Shown here: one piece after another, positions 8,564 to 18,009 of the stretch | Layout of the letters: every line of letters begins with the position of its first letter | Numbering within the stretch: position 1 is the stretch's first letter | DNA from: a virus | Taxonomy: Duplodnaviria; Caudoviricetes | Virus record (IMG/VR): IMGVR_UViG_3300036818_000078 | Location: 1 to 60,043 of that record | Strand: one strand, 5' to 3' | Length of the DNA: 60,043 nucleotides | Notes under the pieces: generated by a model | Databases searched by the model: none | The model's input: the letters and a program-made list of their open reading frames with translations, nothing else | Told to the model about the DNA's origin: nothing | Translations under genes and position numbers: made by a program

Positions 8564-11560
8564 TTGTCGGTCACAGTGAGCCAACTTGCTACAAAAATAG
8601 TGATTGAAGGTGCTGTCCAAGCTAAAGCTGATTTGGTAGCTATGGATACCAATTCAAGATTGGCTCAAGCCGGGATGAAAATGCTGCAAAATGCGTCTGC
8701 GGATGCGATTAGTAGTCGGTTGTCTGCTGAGATAGACAATGCTCAAGGCGGTCTGATGGACCTTGCGTCGCGTGCCAATGCTGCTGGTCTTGATATCTCC
8801 AAGCTGTCCACTCTGCAAGCCAAAGCCGCAGAAAGTGCTGCAAGGTTGGGAGTAGCTGAGTCTCAATATGCTTCTGCTCAGCAAAAAGCCAACGAATTGA
8901 TCCAAAGCGGGACGGCTTCTGCTGAACAAATTGCGCTAGCTCAATCAAAAGCTGCTTTGTCTGCTGAAAAGGTCAATGTTGCTGAAAATGCCGTGTATGT
9001 CGCAATGGAGAAAGTCAACACGGAGTCCAATCGCCTTAACGTTGCGCTCAAAGAGAATGCAGACGCGGCTATTAGCACGGCAAGCGCAATGGATATCGTG
9101 AAGAGTGCGATGGCAAATGTCGGCGAGGGCATGCAGTCCGCTATCAATTGGATGAGCGATTTTGCTAGTAAAGCCGTTTCTTCTGCAGGCGAGTTTGTTT
9201 CTAGCTTCAATAGCGTCTCGGACGAGATGACCATGGTATCTGACAAAATGGTGACAACTGAAGCAACGGCAAAGGAGTCCTCTGGCGGTTTCCTCTCTGG
9301 ATTTAAGAATGCAGCAGGCGGTATTCTCGACTTTGGCTCCAAGGTTGGCTTTGCTCTAATGGGTGTGCAGATGGGTGTGCAGATGGTTTCCGGGGCTGTC
9401 ACTGCTGTTATAGGCCCTGCTGAAGCCTATCAAGAAGTCCTCAAACAGACAAATGACGTATTGAAGAGTACACAAGGCGCTGCTGGCATGTCAGCACAAG
9501 CGATAGCTGATCTTGCTACCTCCCTCTCTCACTCCACATTTTACTCACGTGATGCGGCACAAGCAGGCGAAAACTTGCTCTTGACCTTCACGGGAATAGG
9601 CAAGGATGTATTCCCGCTCGCAACCAAGACCATGCTCGATATGTCTAAGGCCATGGGTCAAGATGTGAAGAGCACGGCTATTCAGATGGGTAAGGCCCTA
9701 AATGATCCTGCCAAGGGGCTCACGGCCTTAACCCGTGTGGGTGTGACCTTCACAGACTCTCAGAAGAACATGATCAAGAGTATGGTAGCGGCTGGTAACA
9801 CGGCTGGTGCTCAAAAGATCATGCTGCAAGAGCTTCAAAGGGAGTTTGGTGGCTCGTCTGACGCAACGCAGACGCTGGCAGGTAAATGGGAGATACTGAA
9901 AAATAGATTTGAGGAAGTCAAAGAGAATATCGGGAATTTCCTCCTGCCAATCCTCAGCAATCTTGCAAGCTTCGTGATTGACCGCATCATGCCTGCTCTC
10001 GATGATTTTGGAAATTGGTTCTCAAACATCGCTATGCCAGTGCTGACGGCCTGGGGCCATGCTCTTCAGGTCTATGTCATCGACAAATTCAATGATCTAA
10101 AGACATTTATGGATAAAAACGTTATGCCTAAGCTAGTAGAGTTCTGGAGTTATGTCACGACAAAGATCGTACCTATTTTAATCGTTTGGGGACATAACAT
10201 ACAGGTATACGTTATAGACAAATTCAATGATTTAAAAGCATTTATTGAGAAGAACGTCATGCCTGCCATCTCTACATTTTGGGGATACGTTCAAACGAAG
10301 ATTGTACCTATTTTAGTATCGTGGGGACATAACATACAGGTCTATGTCATTGATAAGTTTAACAATCTTAAAACGTTTATAACGTCTCAAGTTCTACCTA
10401 GGTTGGCTGAATTCTGGTCATTCGTTCAAACGAAGATTGTGCCTACACTGCAGGTGTGGGGAAACAATATCAAAATATGGGTTATTGATAAACTATCCGA
10501 TCTTTGGTCGTTTATTAAGACAAAAGTTATGCCTAGCCTGTCCGATCTTTGGTCATTCATCACAACTCAGATAGTGCCTGTGCTCGTTTCGTGGGGGACC
10601 ACTATCAAAACGTGGGTTATCGACAAGCTATCTGATCTTTGGAGCTTCATCACCACAAAGGTTATGCCCAAGCTCGTAGAGTTATGGTCATTTGTTCAAA
10701 CTCAAATCGTGTCTGCCTTCAGCAATTGGGGTCAGAAGATAGCAGATGTGCAGACAAACATAAGCAACTTCAAGACGTTTATTGATACACAAGTGATACC
10801 AGTGATAAAAATGTTGTGGCAGTGGATTAATGATCATATCGTGCCTGTATTTCAGTCATTATGGGATATAGCAGTCAAAGTTAGCGGGAGCCTCGACAGT
10901 CTAAAGACAAGCACAGGCCATTTGATGGATTCATTAAAGCATCTATGGGATGTTGTCTCACCTATTCTTACTCCTGCTCTGGAATTTCTTGCATATACAG
11001 CAGGAGTGGAAGCCGGAGGCAAATTTGATGGATTGAAGCAAGCCATTGACGTTTGCGGTGATGTGCTCAATATGTTTGTAAAAAACGTGAGTATGGGAAT
11101 TGATGCATTAGCAACGCTGATTGACTGGCTTGCAACGGCTATTGGGTGGGTAAATGATTTTGACGCGGCTATCACCAATGCAGCAGCCGATTTACTGAAT
11201 ATGGTTGGCATCCAGGCATCACATGTGGATAGTAGTGGCAAGCCTATAGCCCCATCTGGTGGTACAGGCGGCGGCGCTGTCAAAAGTTTTGCCTCTGGCA
11301 TAGAAAACTTCGGAGGTGGATTTGCCTATGTACATGCAGGCGAGATCCTTACCTACCTGCCGAAGGGATCGAATGTGTATAACCCGTCCCAATCAGCAAA
11401 TATATTGAACGGAGCAGGGCTTGCCTCTACAGGATCAGGGCTTCAGCAACAGACTGTCCACATCCATAACTACATCGATGGCAAGCAAATCACCAACAAC
11501 GTCGGACCTCGCATCATCAAGTCAGCCCGCACGAACGGGCCATTGCGAGGCAAGCTATGA
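8564..11560 (+). CDS. Tape measure protein
   Basis: 998 aa, Ala-rich helical; 'AIQMGKALNDP..GLTALTRVGV' motif; periodic W/F repeats; C-terminal 'FASG...VHAGE'. Confidence 0.9.
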   Translation: MSVTVSQLATKIVIEGAVQAKADLVAMDTNSRLAQAGMKMLQNASADAISSRLSAEIDNAQGGLMDLASRANAAGLDISKLSTLQAKAAESAARLGVAESQYASAQQKANELIQSGTASAEQIALAQSKAALSAEKVNVAENAVYVAMEKVNTESNRLNVALKENADAAISTASAMDIVKSAMANVGEGMQSAINWMSDFASKAVSSAGEFVSSFNSVSDEMTMVSDKMVTTEATAKESSGGFLSGFKNAAGGILDFGSKVGFALMGVQMGVQMVSGAVTAVIGPAEAYQEVLKQTNDVLKSTQGAAGMSAQAIADLATSLSHSTFYSRDAAQAGENLLLTFTGIGKDVFPLATKTMLDMSKAMGQDVKSTAIQMGKALNDPAKGLTALTRVGVTFTDSQKNMIKSMVAAGNTAGAQKIMLQELQREFGGSSDATQTLAGKWEILKNRFEEVKENIGNFLLPILSNLASFVIDRIMPALDDFGNWFSNIAMPVLTAWGHALQVYVIDKFNDLKTFMDKNVMPKLVEFWSYVTTKIVPILIVWGHNIQVYVIDKFNDLKAFIEKNVMPAISTFWGYVQTKIVPILVSWGHNIQVYVIDKFNNLKTFITSQVLPRLAEFWSFVQTKIVPTLQVWGNNIKIWVIDKLSDLWSFIKTKVMPSLSDLWSFITTQIVPVLVSWGTTIKTWVIDKLSDLWSFITTKVMPKLVELWSFVQTQIVSAFSNWGQKIADVQTNISNFKTFIDTQVIPVIKMLWQWINDHIVPVFQSLWDIAVKVSGSLDSLKTSTGHLMDSLKHLWDVVSPILTPALEFLAYTAGVEAGGKFDGLKQAIDVCGDVLNMFVKNVSMGIDALATLIDWLATAIGWVNDFDAAITNAAADLLNMVGIQASHVDSSGKPIAPSGGTGGGAVKSFASGIENFGGGFAYVHAGEILTYLPKGSNVYNPSQSANILNGAGLASTGSGLQQQTVHIHNYIDGKQITNNVGPRIIKSARTNGPLRGKL

Positions 11561-14500
11561 CAGCAACCGCAATCGCTATCACCATAGCAGGAAGCTCATA
11601 CAACGTCTGGGAGGGCTCACTCAGCTTGCCTGACCAGATAGAGCAACGGTCAAAATGCTCATTCATGGTACATGATCCCTCAGCCTCTTTCCTCTTCAAA
11701 AAAGGCCAGCGAGTTATTGTGAATGACACATTAGAGGGCTTACTGTTCGATGGGCGCATAACCGACATTGTAAGAGATCCGGGTGTGGGTACAGACATGT
11801 ATCACACTATCACTTGCGTTGATAGAATAGCAGACCTCGACGGACAAACGTCAAATAAGCTGTATGTCAATCAATACGCTGGTGTTATTGCAGTTGATCA
11901 AATAAAAGACCAATGGGTAAACGGCATTCTTGCCACATTTGCGCTAGATACAGACACGACACAAGCCAACTTCAAGGAAGGTAACCTGAGTGGGACGGTT
12001 GCTTCTGCTAATGTAGACGACGGGAATTTGGAGTTAGCCCCGGCTGGCGCTGCGCTCAATATTGTCGAGAGTACAACTAGCAATTTCAGCACAGGCACGC
12101 TCACGAACACCACAGCGGCCAGTAACACGCTCGCACCGACTGCGACTAGTAGTATCAAACTTGTTGGTACAGAGTCCCTGACCGATAGCGGAAACGCTTA
12201 TTCCTACATTCAGATATTCCAAGGTGGTGGCATTGTCGTTGTTGGAAGTCGGTACCTTGCATACGATGTCTGGATTGCAGACGGCTCACCATCGGGTCAA
12301 GCGGGCGTTGACATGGTGTTCACAGATGGAACCAAACTCAGAGATACGGTACAGGATTATAGATACTATGACTCACAAAATATTCCACCACATCCAAATC
12401 AGGAGATAGGACAGTTTGCTAAGGGACAGTGGTATCATCGGACCTTTCTGCTTGATAACTTTTCAGGTAAAACGATTGCATACGTTACCGTCGTATTGGA
12501 AGGGAATGTACAAGGAACCTACACAGCATACTTCAAAAACATCAATGAGGTGAATAGCAGTGGTACAGTTATTAATTCATTCTTTAATGGCACATTTGGT
12601 GTAAATCCACCTAGAATGTTGTTCAATAGCGGCTATTCACACGTATCTTGCACACTTGTCAATACGTACGACTGTTCTATAGCTAACCGTGTTAGTTCAT
12701 CATATAGTATGAGTCACGTAAATATACTCAAAAGCACCTTCATATCATGGCTAGCAACTGAGCCCGCTAATACCTCTGTACAGATTGAATATTCTATTGA
12801 TGGGGGAAACAGCTATACCGTCTGTACAAATAATAGCCCACTTCCAAATCTGCCTGCAGGCTTGAATGTAGCAGGAAAAAGCATTCAGTTCAGGCAAACA
12901 TTCCTACAATCAGAGAAAGCCCTACCTGACGATATGCCCTTCCTCAAAAGCATGCACGTCTCTCTTGTACCCTCGTATACGGCCACAAAAACAGATGCGG
13001 TGTGGAGCGGCACGACGAATGCAGAGTGGAACAATGTCGGTATGACCTTTACGAATACACAGGTCCCAGGCGTGCTCTTGACGCTATTCCAGTCGGTCAG
13101 AGAATGGTCTACTGCTGATCTCTCAGGCATGACATTGTATGGAGCGGGAGCATCAGGCCCGGGGCCTACAACTGTCAAGCTGTTCTGCAATCGTGGGAAT
13201 CTATGGGTTGCAACGGGCGTGTCGATGGAGGGCCATGCTCGAGCGGACTTTGTAGGATCATGGCAAAATGGCAGGATAGATTGTGATGTCTATTTTGATC
13301 GTACAGATGCTTTTGCATCAATTGAGTACAGGCGTACGAATGATAGTAACTATGATGCTAATTACGCATATGCTGCTCAATTTGCGCTCAACACGGTATC
13401 TTTGCAACGTGGATCAAACAGCTCTGCAAGTTCAACGGGCGTACGAACTCAAGTAGCTACTGCTGCTACTGGCCTTACAACGGCTGACTGGCATCATGTC
13501 ACCATCATCTTTAACGGTTCCAATCATCAAATATGGGTAGATGACGTTGTACTCATTAATGCAACGGATAGCACATACACGGCATCAGGACATGTTTCAT
13601 TTAGAGCATCAAATGCAAACGTGTCATCGGGGTATCAGGGCCAATTTAACAATTTTGGCATAACTGTTGTAGGGCTCAGCGGGACCTTCCTCAATCCATC
13701 CACATCATTGACGAGCTTAGGGACCTATCTCAATAGCGTGATTAGCTGGCAAGATGAGAGCATCAACGGACAAAATACAAGCCTGCTAGTCGAGAGCACA
13801 ATCAATGGCGGAAGTTCGTTCCAGACGTGTACGAATGGCGGGCCCGTCAACACCAACTTTACCCCTGGCCAGTCGCTATCAGGTATCTCTTTCCAGCTCA
13901 GAGTCACGCTGGCCACAGCAAGTGCTAGTGCGATGCCACAACTGCAAAGTCTCGTAGCGCGAGTCTTGGGAGGATTTAGTAGCACAGGAACGCGGATCCA
14001 CAAAGCTCTACTCCTGACAAACGTCGATGTGTGTGGATCCACGATTGTGGCTTGGAACGCTCTTACACCAGTAGGCACAAGCGTAGCAGTGGCTACGAGC
14101 TTGGATGGCATAAGCTATACCAGCATCGCAAATGGTGGATCCATAACAGGTATCACTCAACAACCCGCGCCCACCGTTGACAGCTTCAATCTCAATACAA
14201 GCGGCTCGTATATCATGACCTTCCAAGCAGGTGGGAATATTGGTGTGTGGAATTTTGATACAGTCAACTCGCGAGTAACCGTAAATAGCGGACTAGCTAC
14301 CGTTCTGCTCAACTCTACGATATCGGTCAAAGATGTGGATGTGTATATGGATGCAGACGCTCTCAATCAGGATGGATTGGTATGGAGATGGCAGGATGCG
14401 AGCAACTTCTATGAGCTATTGGTATTCGATGCCTCTTCTGATACAGGAACAACCAATATTCTCAAATTGTTCAAAATTGTCTCAAATGTCACGACGCAAA

Positions 14501-16122
14501 TAGGCTCAAATATCGCTATCAGCTTTAAGAGAGGACAACAAATTCGATTTAGAGTGCTGATGGTGGGTACATCTATTCAAGTATGGATGGATGGGACGCG
14601 GCTTATCAATACGACGGATGCGGCGCTCGCAGGTCCTGGCAAGGTTGGTTTGATGCATGTCAGTGGCACGGGAATAAATGGTGGAAGCTTCCATCTGCTC
14701 AGGATACAGCCACAAGGGGACAATCTTACAGGAAAGCTGGTCTACGTCAAGGAAACTTTGACCAGCACAGATCCGATCAGCACACCACAAATCACCAACA
14801 CGACCACGCTGGTCACCAATCCCAACATCGGCATGGGGAGCCTTGTTCCACTTGCAGATTATAGGAACACATACAAAACGGACAATATCAAAGATCTTGC
14901 TAAGAGGTCTAACTACTACTGGAATGTGAAACAAGACGGCTCTTTCATCTTCCTTCCAAGAACGGCTGTTCCTGCGCCATGGGTCCTGTCCTCTAGCAAT
15001 CCACCTGACATTCTTGATGAAGGATTGAGCCTAGAGGATAGTGCAGACGCTTACAGGAATAGACAGACACTCATCAATGTGCAATCCACTATTGTATCTG
15101 TAGAGCCACTAACAGGGAATGGAACAGACACGACGTTCACATTAGGCTTCCCTGTTGTTTCTATGACTTCTATGTCACTAAATGGGCAAGTCAAGACATT
15201 TGGGTTGAAAGGGACAACGGGAGCGGATTTCTACTATGCCGTAGGGGATAGCGGGATCACTCAGGATGCAAGCGGCGATGTGCTGCAAAAGGACTTTGAC
15301 CAGTTGGTCGTGAGCTACGTCGGCCAGACGACCACGACCGTTACGCGGGACAACACAGGCCAGTTTCCAGGGACAACTTCACAGAGAGACTACCTAGACC
15401 AGTCGGGTCTATCCATCCCTGTACAAATTGTCCTCAATCAGGCATCGGCTGTGGTCTCAGCGAGCGGGAATAGCGACGATCTAGACGTGAGCCTGGTCAG
15501 GCGCATAGCGTTCGATGCCAACATCACAGCACAGAGCGGGACGTCACCAACGGTCAGATTTTTCATTGATCGCAAGGCTACCGATGGAAGCTATGTCCAA
15601 ATCTATGACAGTGGTGTGATATCTGCCCTCACTCAGGTCTCTACCACGATAGGCCCTAAATGCACAGTGACTGAGGTCCTAGGTACAACAGTTCGTGCGA
15701 GGTGGACTATCGGAGGATCTGCAGGCCCTACCAAGACCTTCTCTCTCTCCATCCAAGGCCGTGTAGACCCTGCCATCGCTGGCATCGGGATAGTAGAGGC
15801 TGTGGAAGATGTGAGCAGTATGAACCTAGACGTGCCTGGGGCTCAAGCTCTAGGGGACTCTCGACTGCAACAGTTGGGAGTGATAGGGCAAATACTCAAG
15901 TTCAAGACAGAGCGGACGGGGCTCGCAGCGGGTCAATACCTCACTGTGTTGCATCCTGTGCTCAAACTCAACGACGCGGCCATGCTTATCACGCAAAGCA
16001 CACGCACACAGAAGTCTTTTATTGACTCAGGTTCACCATCGCAGTGTTATCGTTTTGATGTAACTGCAACATCAGGGCCTTCTTTGGGCGATTGGGAAGC
16101 TACTTTGAATAGCACACTATAA
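11557..16122 (+). CDS. Large tail hub/minor tail protein with lectin-like (ConA/LamG-type) insertions
   Basis: 1521 aa after the tape measure gene, S/T/N/G-rich beta protein; 'WHHVTIIFNGSNHQIWVDD' and 'FRVLMVGTSIQVWMDG' beta-sandwich motifs. Confidence 0.75.
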   Translation: MTATAIAITIAGSSYNVWEGSLSLPDQIEQRSKCSFMVHDPSASFLFKKGQRVIVNDTLEGLLFDGRITDIVRDPGVGTDMYHTITCVDRIADLDGQTSNKLYVNQYAGVIAVDQIKDQWVNGILATFALDTDTTQANFKEGNLSGTVASANVDDGNLELAPAGAALNIVESTTSNFSTGTLTNTTAASNTLAPTATSSIKLVGTESLTDSGNAYSYIQIFQGGGIVVVGSRYLAYDVWIADGSPSGQAGVDMVFTDGTKLRDTVQDYRYYDSQNIPPHPNQEIGQFAKGQWYHRTFLLDNFSGKTIAYVTVVLEGNVQGTYTAYFKNINEVNSSGTVINSFFNGTFGVNPPRMLFNSGYSHVSCTLVNTYDCSIANRVSSSYSMSHVNILKSTFISWLATEPANTSVQIEYSIDGGNSYTVCTNNSPLPNLPAGLNVAGKSIQFRQTFLQSEKALPDDMPFLKSMHVSLVPSYTATKTDAVWSGTTNAEWNNVGMTFTNTQVPGVLLTLFQSVREWSTADLSGMTLYGAGASGPGPTTVKLFCNRGNLWVATGVSMEGHARADFVGSWQNGRIDCDVYFDRTDAFASIEYRRTNDSNYDANYAYAAQFALNTVSLQRGSNSSASSTGVRTQVATAATGLTTADWHHVTIIFNGSNHQIWVDDVVLINATDSTYTASGHVSFRASNANVSSGYQGQFNNFGITVVGLSGTFLNPSTSLTSLGTYLNSVISWQDESINGQNTSLLVESTINGGSSFQTCTNGGPVNTNFTPGQSLSGISFQLRVTLATASASAMPQLQSLVARVLGGFSSTGTRIHKALLLTNVDVCGSTIVAWNALTPVGTSVAVATSLDGISYTSIANGGSITGITQQPAPTVDSFNLNTSGSYIMTFQAGGNIGVWNFDTVNSRVTVNSGLATVLLNSTISVKDVDVYMDADALNQDGLVWRWQDASNFYELLVFDASSDTGTTNILKLFKIVSNVTTQIGSNIAISFKRGQQIRFRVLMVGTSIQVWMDGTRLINTTDAALAGPGKVGLMHVSGTGINGGSFHLLRIQPQGDNLTGKLVYVKETLTSTDPISTPQITNTTTLVTNPNIGMGSLVPLADYRNTYKTDNIKDLAKRSNYYWNVKQDGSFIFLPRTAVPAPWVLSSSNPPDILDEGLSLEDSADAYRNRQTLINVQSTIVSVEPLTGNGTDTTFTLGFPVVSMTSMSLNGQVKTFGLKGTTGADFYYAVGDSGITQDASGDVLQKDFDQLVVSYVGQTTTTVTRDNTGQFPGTTSQRDYLDQSGLSIPVQIVLNQASAVVSASGNSDDLDVSLVRRIAFDANITAQSGTSPTVRFFIDRKATDGSYVQIYDSGVISALTQVSTTIGPKCTVTEVLGTTVRARWTIGGSAGPTKTFSLSIQGRVDPAIAGIGIVEAVEDVSSMNLDVPGAQALGDSRLQQLGVIGQILKFKTERTGLAAGQYLTVLHPVLKLNDAAMLITQSTRTQKSFIDSGSPSQCYRFDVTATSGPSLGDWEATLNSTL

Positions 16123-16136
16123 GGAGTATAAACGAC

Positions 16137-16508
16137 ATGAGTAAGGTAGTTCTACTCAATCAAGCGGCGGCCATGAAAACGTCAAATAGTGATACAGGCA
16201 ATATTCCATGGGGGAATGCATCAACGATTGCAGTAGACGTTATTGTGACTAATCAGCAAGGGACAAGCCCAACACTTCAGATACTTGTAGACCGTCTAGG
16301 TGCCGATGGAGTCACCTATTTCAATATGTACGACAGTGGCGCTATTTCAGTGAGTACTGCTAGTACAACACCTGTTGTGATTAAGCAGAGTATAGGCCCA
16401 GGATGTACAAAAACTGAGGAGATTGGATCGAGCGGACGTGTGAGATGGGTTATTGGTGGGAGTGCAACACCTGGAGCCCTTTTTGCAATCTCGATTCAGG
16501 GGGAGTAA
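16137..16508 (+). CDS. Small tail-tip protein, paralogous to a domain in the upstream protein
   Basis: AAGGAG RBS; shares LNQA, GTSPT, YDSG, IGP.CT, RW.IGGSA, SIQG with the upstream protein. Confidence 0.7.
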   Translation: MSKVVLLNQAAAMKTSNSDTGNIPWGNASTIAVDVIVTNQQGTSPTLQILVDRLGADGVTYFNMYDSGAISVSTASTTPVVIKQSIGPGCTKTEEIGSSGRVRWVIGGSATPGALFAISIQGE

Positions 16509-16518
16509 AGGAGGATTT

Positions 16519-16992
16519 ATGGCTAGATATGCATTGCGATTCGGGGGACCTGTCTTATTGCCTGATTTGGTTATTCCTCCTGCAAATATCACATTGTATA
16601 TGCGCGGGAAGGGTGCTCCTAATGCAGCCAGAGTAAGCATAGTATCAATAGATTATTTCTCTCCTGTATTTGTAGGAGATATTGGCAATCCACTTTGTAT
16701 GCAAGTTTTGCACAAAGACGGATCGATTGTCAGCATATTAGGAGCAACAATATCTATGGAGCTGCAAAGCGTTACAAATCCTGCAACAATTAAGGTATGC
16801 ACGGCTCCATGGGTAATAAATCCTGCTGATGATGGCAGAGCTTTTTATCCTTATCGATCAGGGGACTTAGATACAGCGGACTCATGGAAATTATGGATCA
16901 AAATGCTTATCAAAGGAGAGTCTGTCCATCTTGACGATGGAGCAGGAAGCCCTAAAGTGCTTGTGATTGAGCCCTTACCGTTAGGAGTTTAA
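16519..16992 (+). CDS. Putative baseplate upper (BppU N-terminal-like) protein
   Basis: GGAGG RBS before ATG 16519; 'GD..NP...DG....LGATI...GRAFY....GDLDTA' pattern. Confidence 0.5.
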   Translation: MARYALRFGGPVLLPDLVIPPANITLYMRGKGAPNAARVSIVSIDYFSPVFVGDIGNPLCMQVLHKDGSIVSILGATISMELQSVTNPATIKVCTAPWVINPADDGRAFYPYRSGDLDTADSWKLWIKMLIKGESVHLDDGAGSPKVLVIEPLPLGV

Positions 16993-17019
16993 CCCTTTAG
17001 GGGAGAAAGAGAAAAGACA

Positions 17020-18009
17020 ATGCCAGTAACAGGCAAGACTATCCTAGATGCTGCTGATATCCCACAGAATAGTGTGATTGTTCCTGGGAATCCCGCGCCC
17101 GTGCTCATGCGTGGATCGACAAATGTATCAACGGACAACAACGACAATACAACCACGCCTGTAAGCTTCAATCTTGAGCAAATTGGAGAGATAATTTTCA
17201 CACTTGGACAGAAGATCAAAGACCTTTCCATTTCTGTAGCGATTGCTACTGATCAAATTGTCTCTATTCAGCAATCTGATCTGTCTGCAACGGGCGTGAT
17301 TAATGCTGCTCAACCTCTTATTGGCACACCAGTTGCAGGTGCGTCGGTCACTCTTGTACTCGGACAAGGTCAATCATCCTGGAAAGCTCAGCTTCTCGCA
17401 GGAGGCGGCGGGTTCACATCAGCTACCACGATTGTTGTAGACGGCTCTCCTGATGGTGGTACGACATGGTATAGCAAATCATTCAAGGTAGCTGGTGTTA
17501 CTCCAAATAATCCACAGTCAAGCATTGTTGGTCCTGGGCCTCTCGAATTGACAGGCAACGCGGCGTCTCTCACACACATCAAAGTGCGATGCTCTGTCCT
17601 CAATTCGACCGAGACGATCAATGCCAGGATCGATGCAAGCGCGGCTATTGGTGATGTGGGACTGATGGGGTCCTTACCCGCAGGACAGAACCTTGTGGGC
17701 TACGTTGAGGACATCGAACAGCAGGGCTACATTGCGCTTACATCGCCACCTGCTACAACGAATGTAGGAACCGTAACTACTTTGACCTTTTCTCAGCAAG
17801 TAAATAGAGTGGAAATCACGAATGGAGGTCCTGCTACCATAAACTACTCTTTTGATAGCGATCCGTGTACTGCTGGTTCTTTTTATCTTGTTCCTGGTGC
17901 CTATTTAAACAAGCCGAAAAAAGTAACTACCGTTAATATCCTTACAGCAACAGCTCAAAATATTAACGGAAGCACAGCAGGCAATATCGGCGTGAAAGGA
18001 TCACTGTAA
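17020..18009 (+). CDS. Tail fibre-associated structural protein
   Basis: T/S/G-rich beta protein in the tail-tip module ('SPDGGTTW'). Confidence 0.55.
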   Translation: MPVTGKTILDAADIPQNSVIVPGNPAPVLMRGSTNVSTDNNDNTTTPVSFNLEQIGEIIFTLGQKIKDLSISVAIATDQIVSIQQSDLSATGVINAAQPLIGTPVAGASVTLVLGQGQSSWKAQLLAGGGGFTSATTIVVDGSPDGGTTWYSKSFKVAGVTPNNPQSSIVGPGPLELTGNAASLTHIKVRCSVLNSTETINARIDASAAIGDVGLMGSLPAGQNLVGYVEDIEQQGYIALTSPPATTNVGTVTTLTFSQQVNRVEITNGGPATINYSFDSDPCTAGSFYLVPGAYLNKPKKVTTVNILTATAQNINGSTAGNIGVKGSL

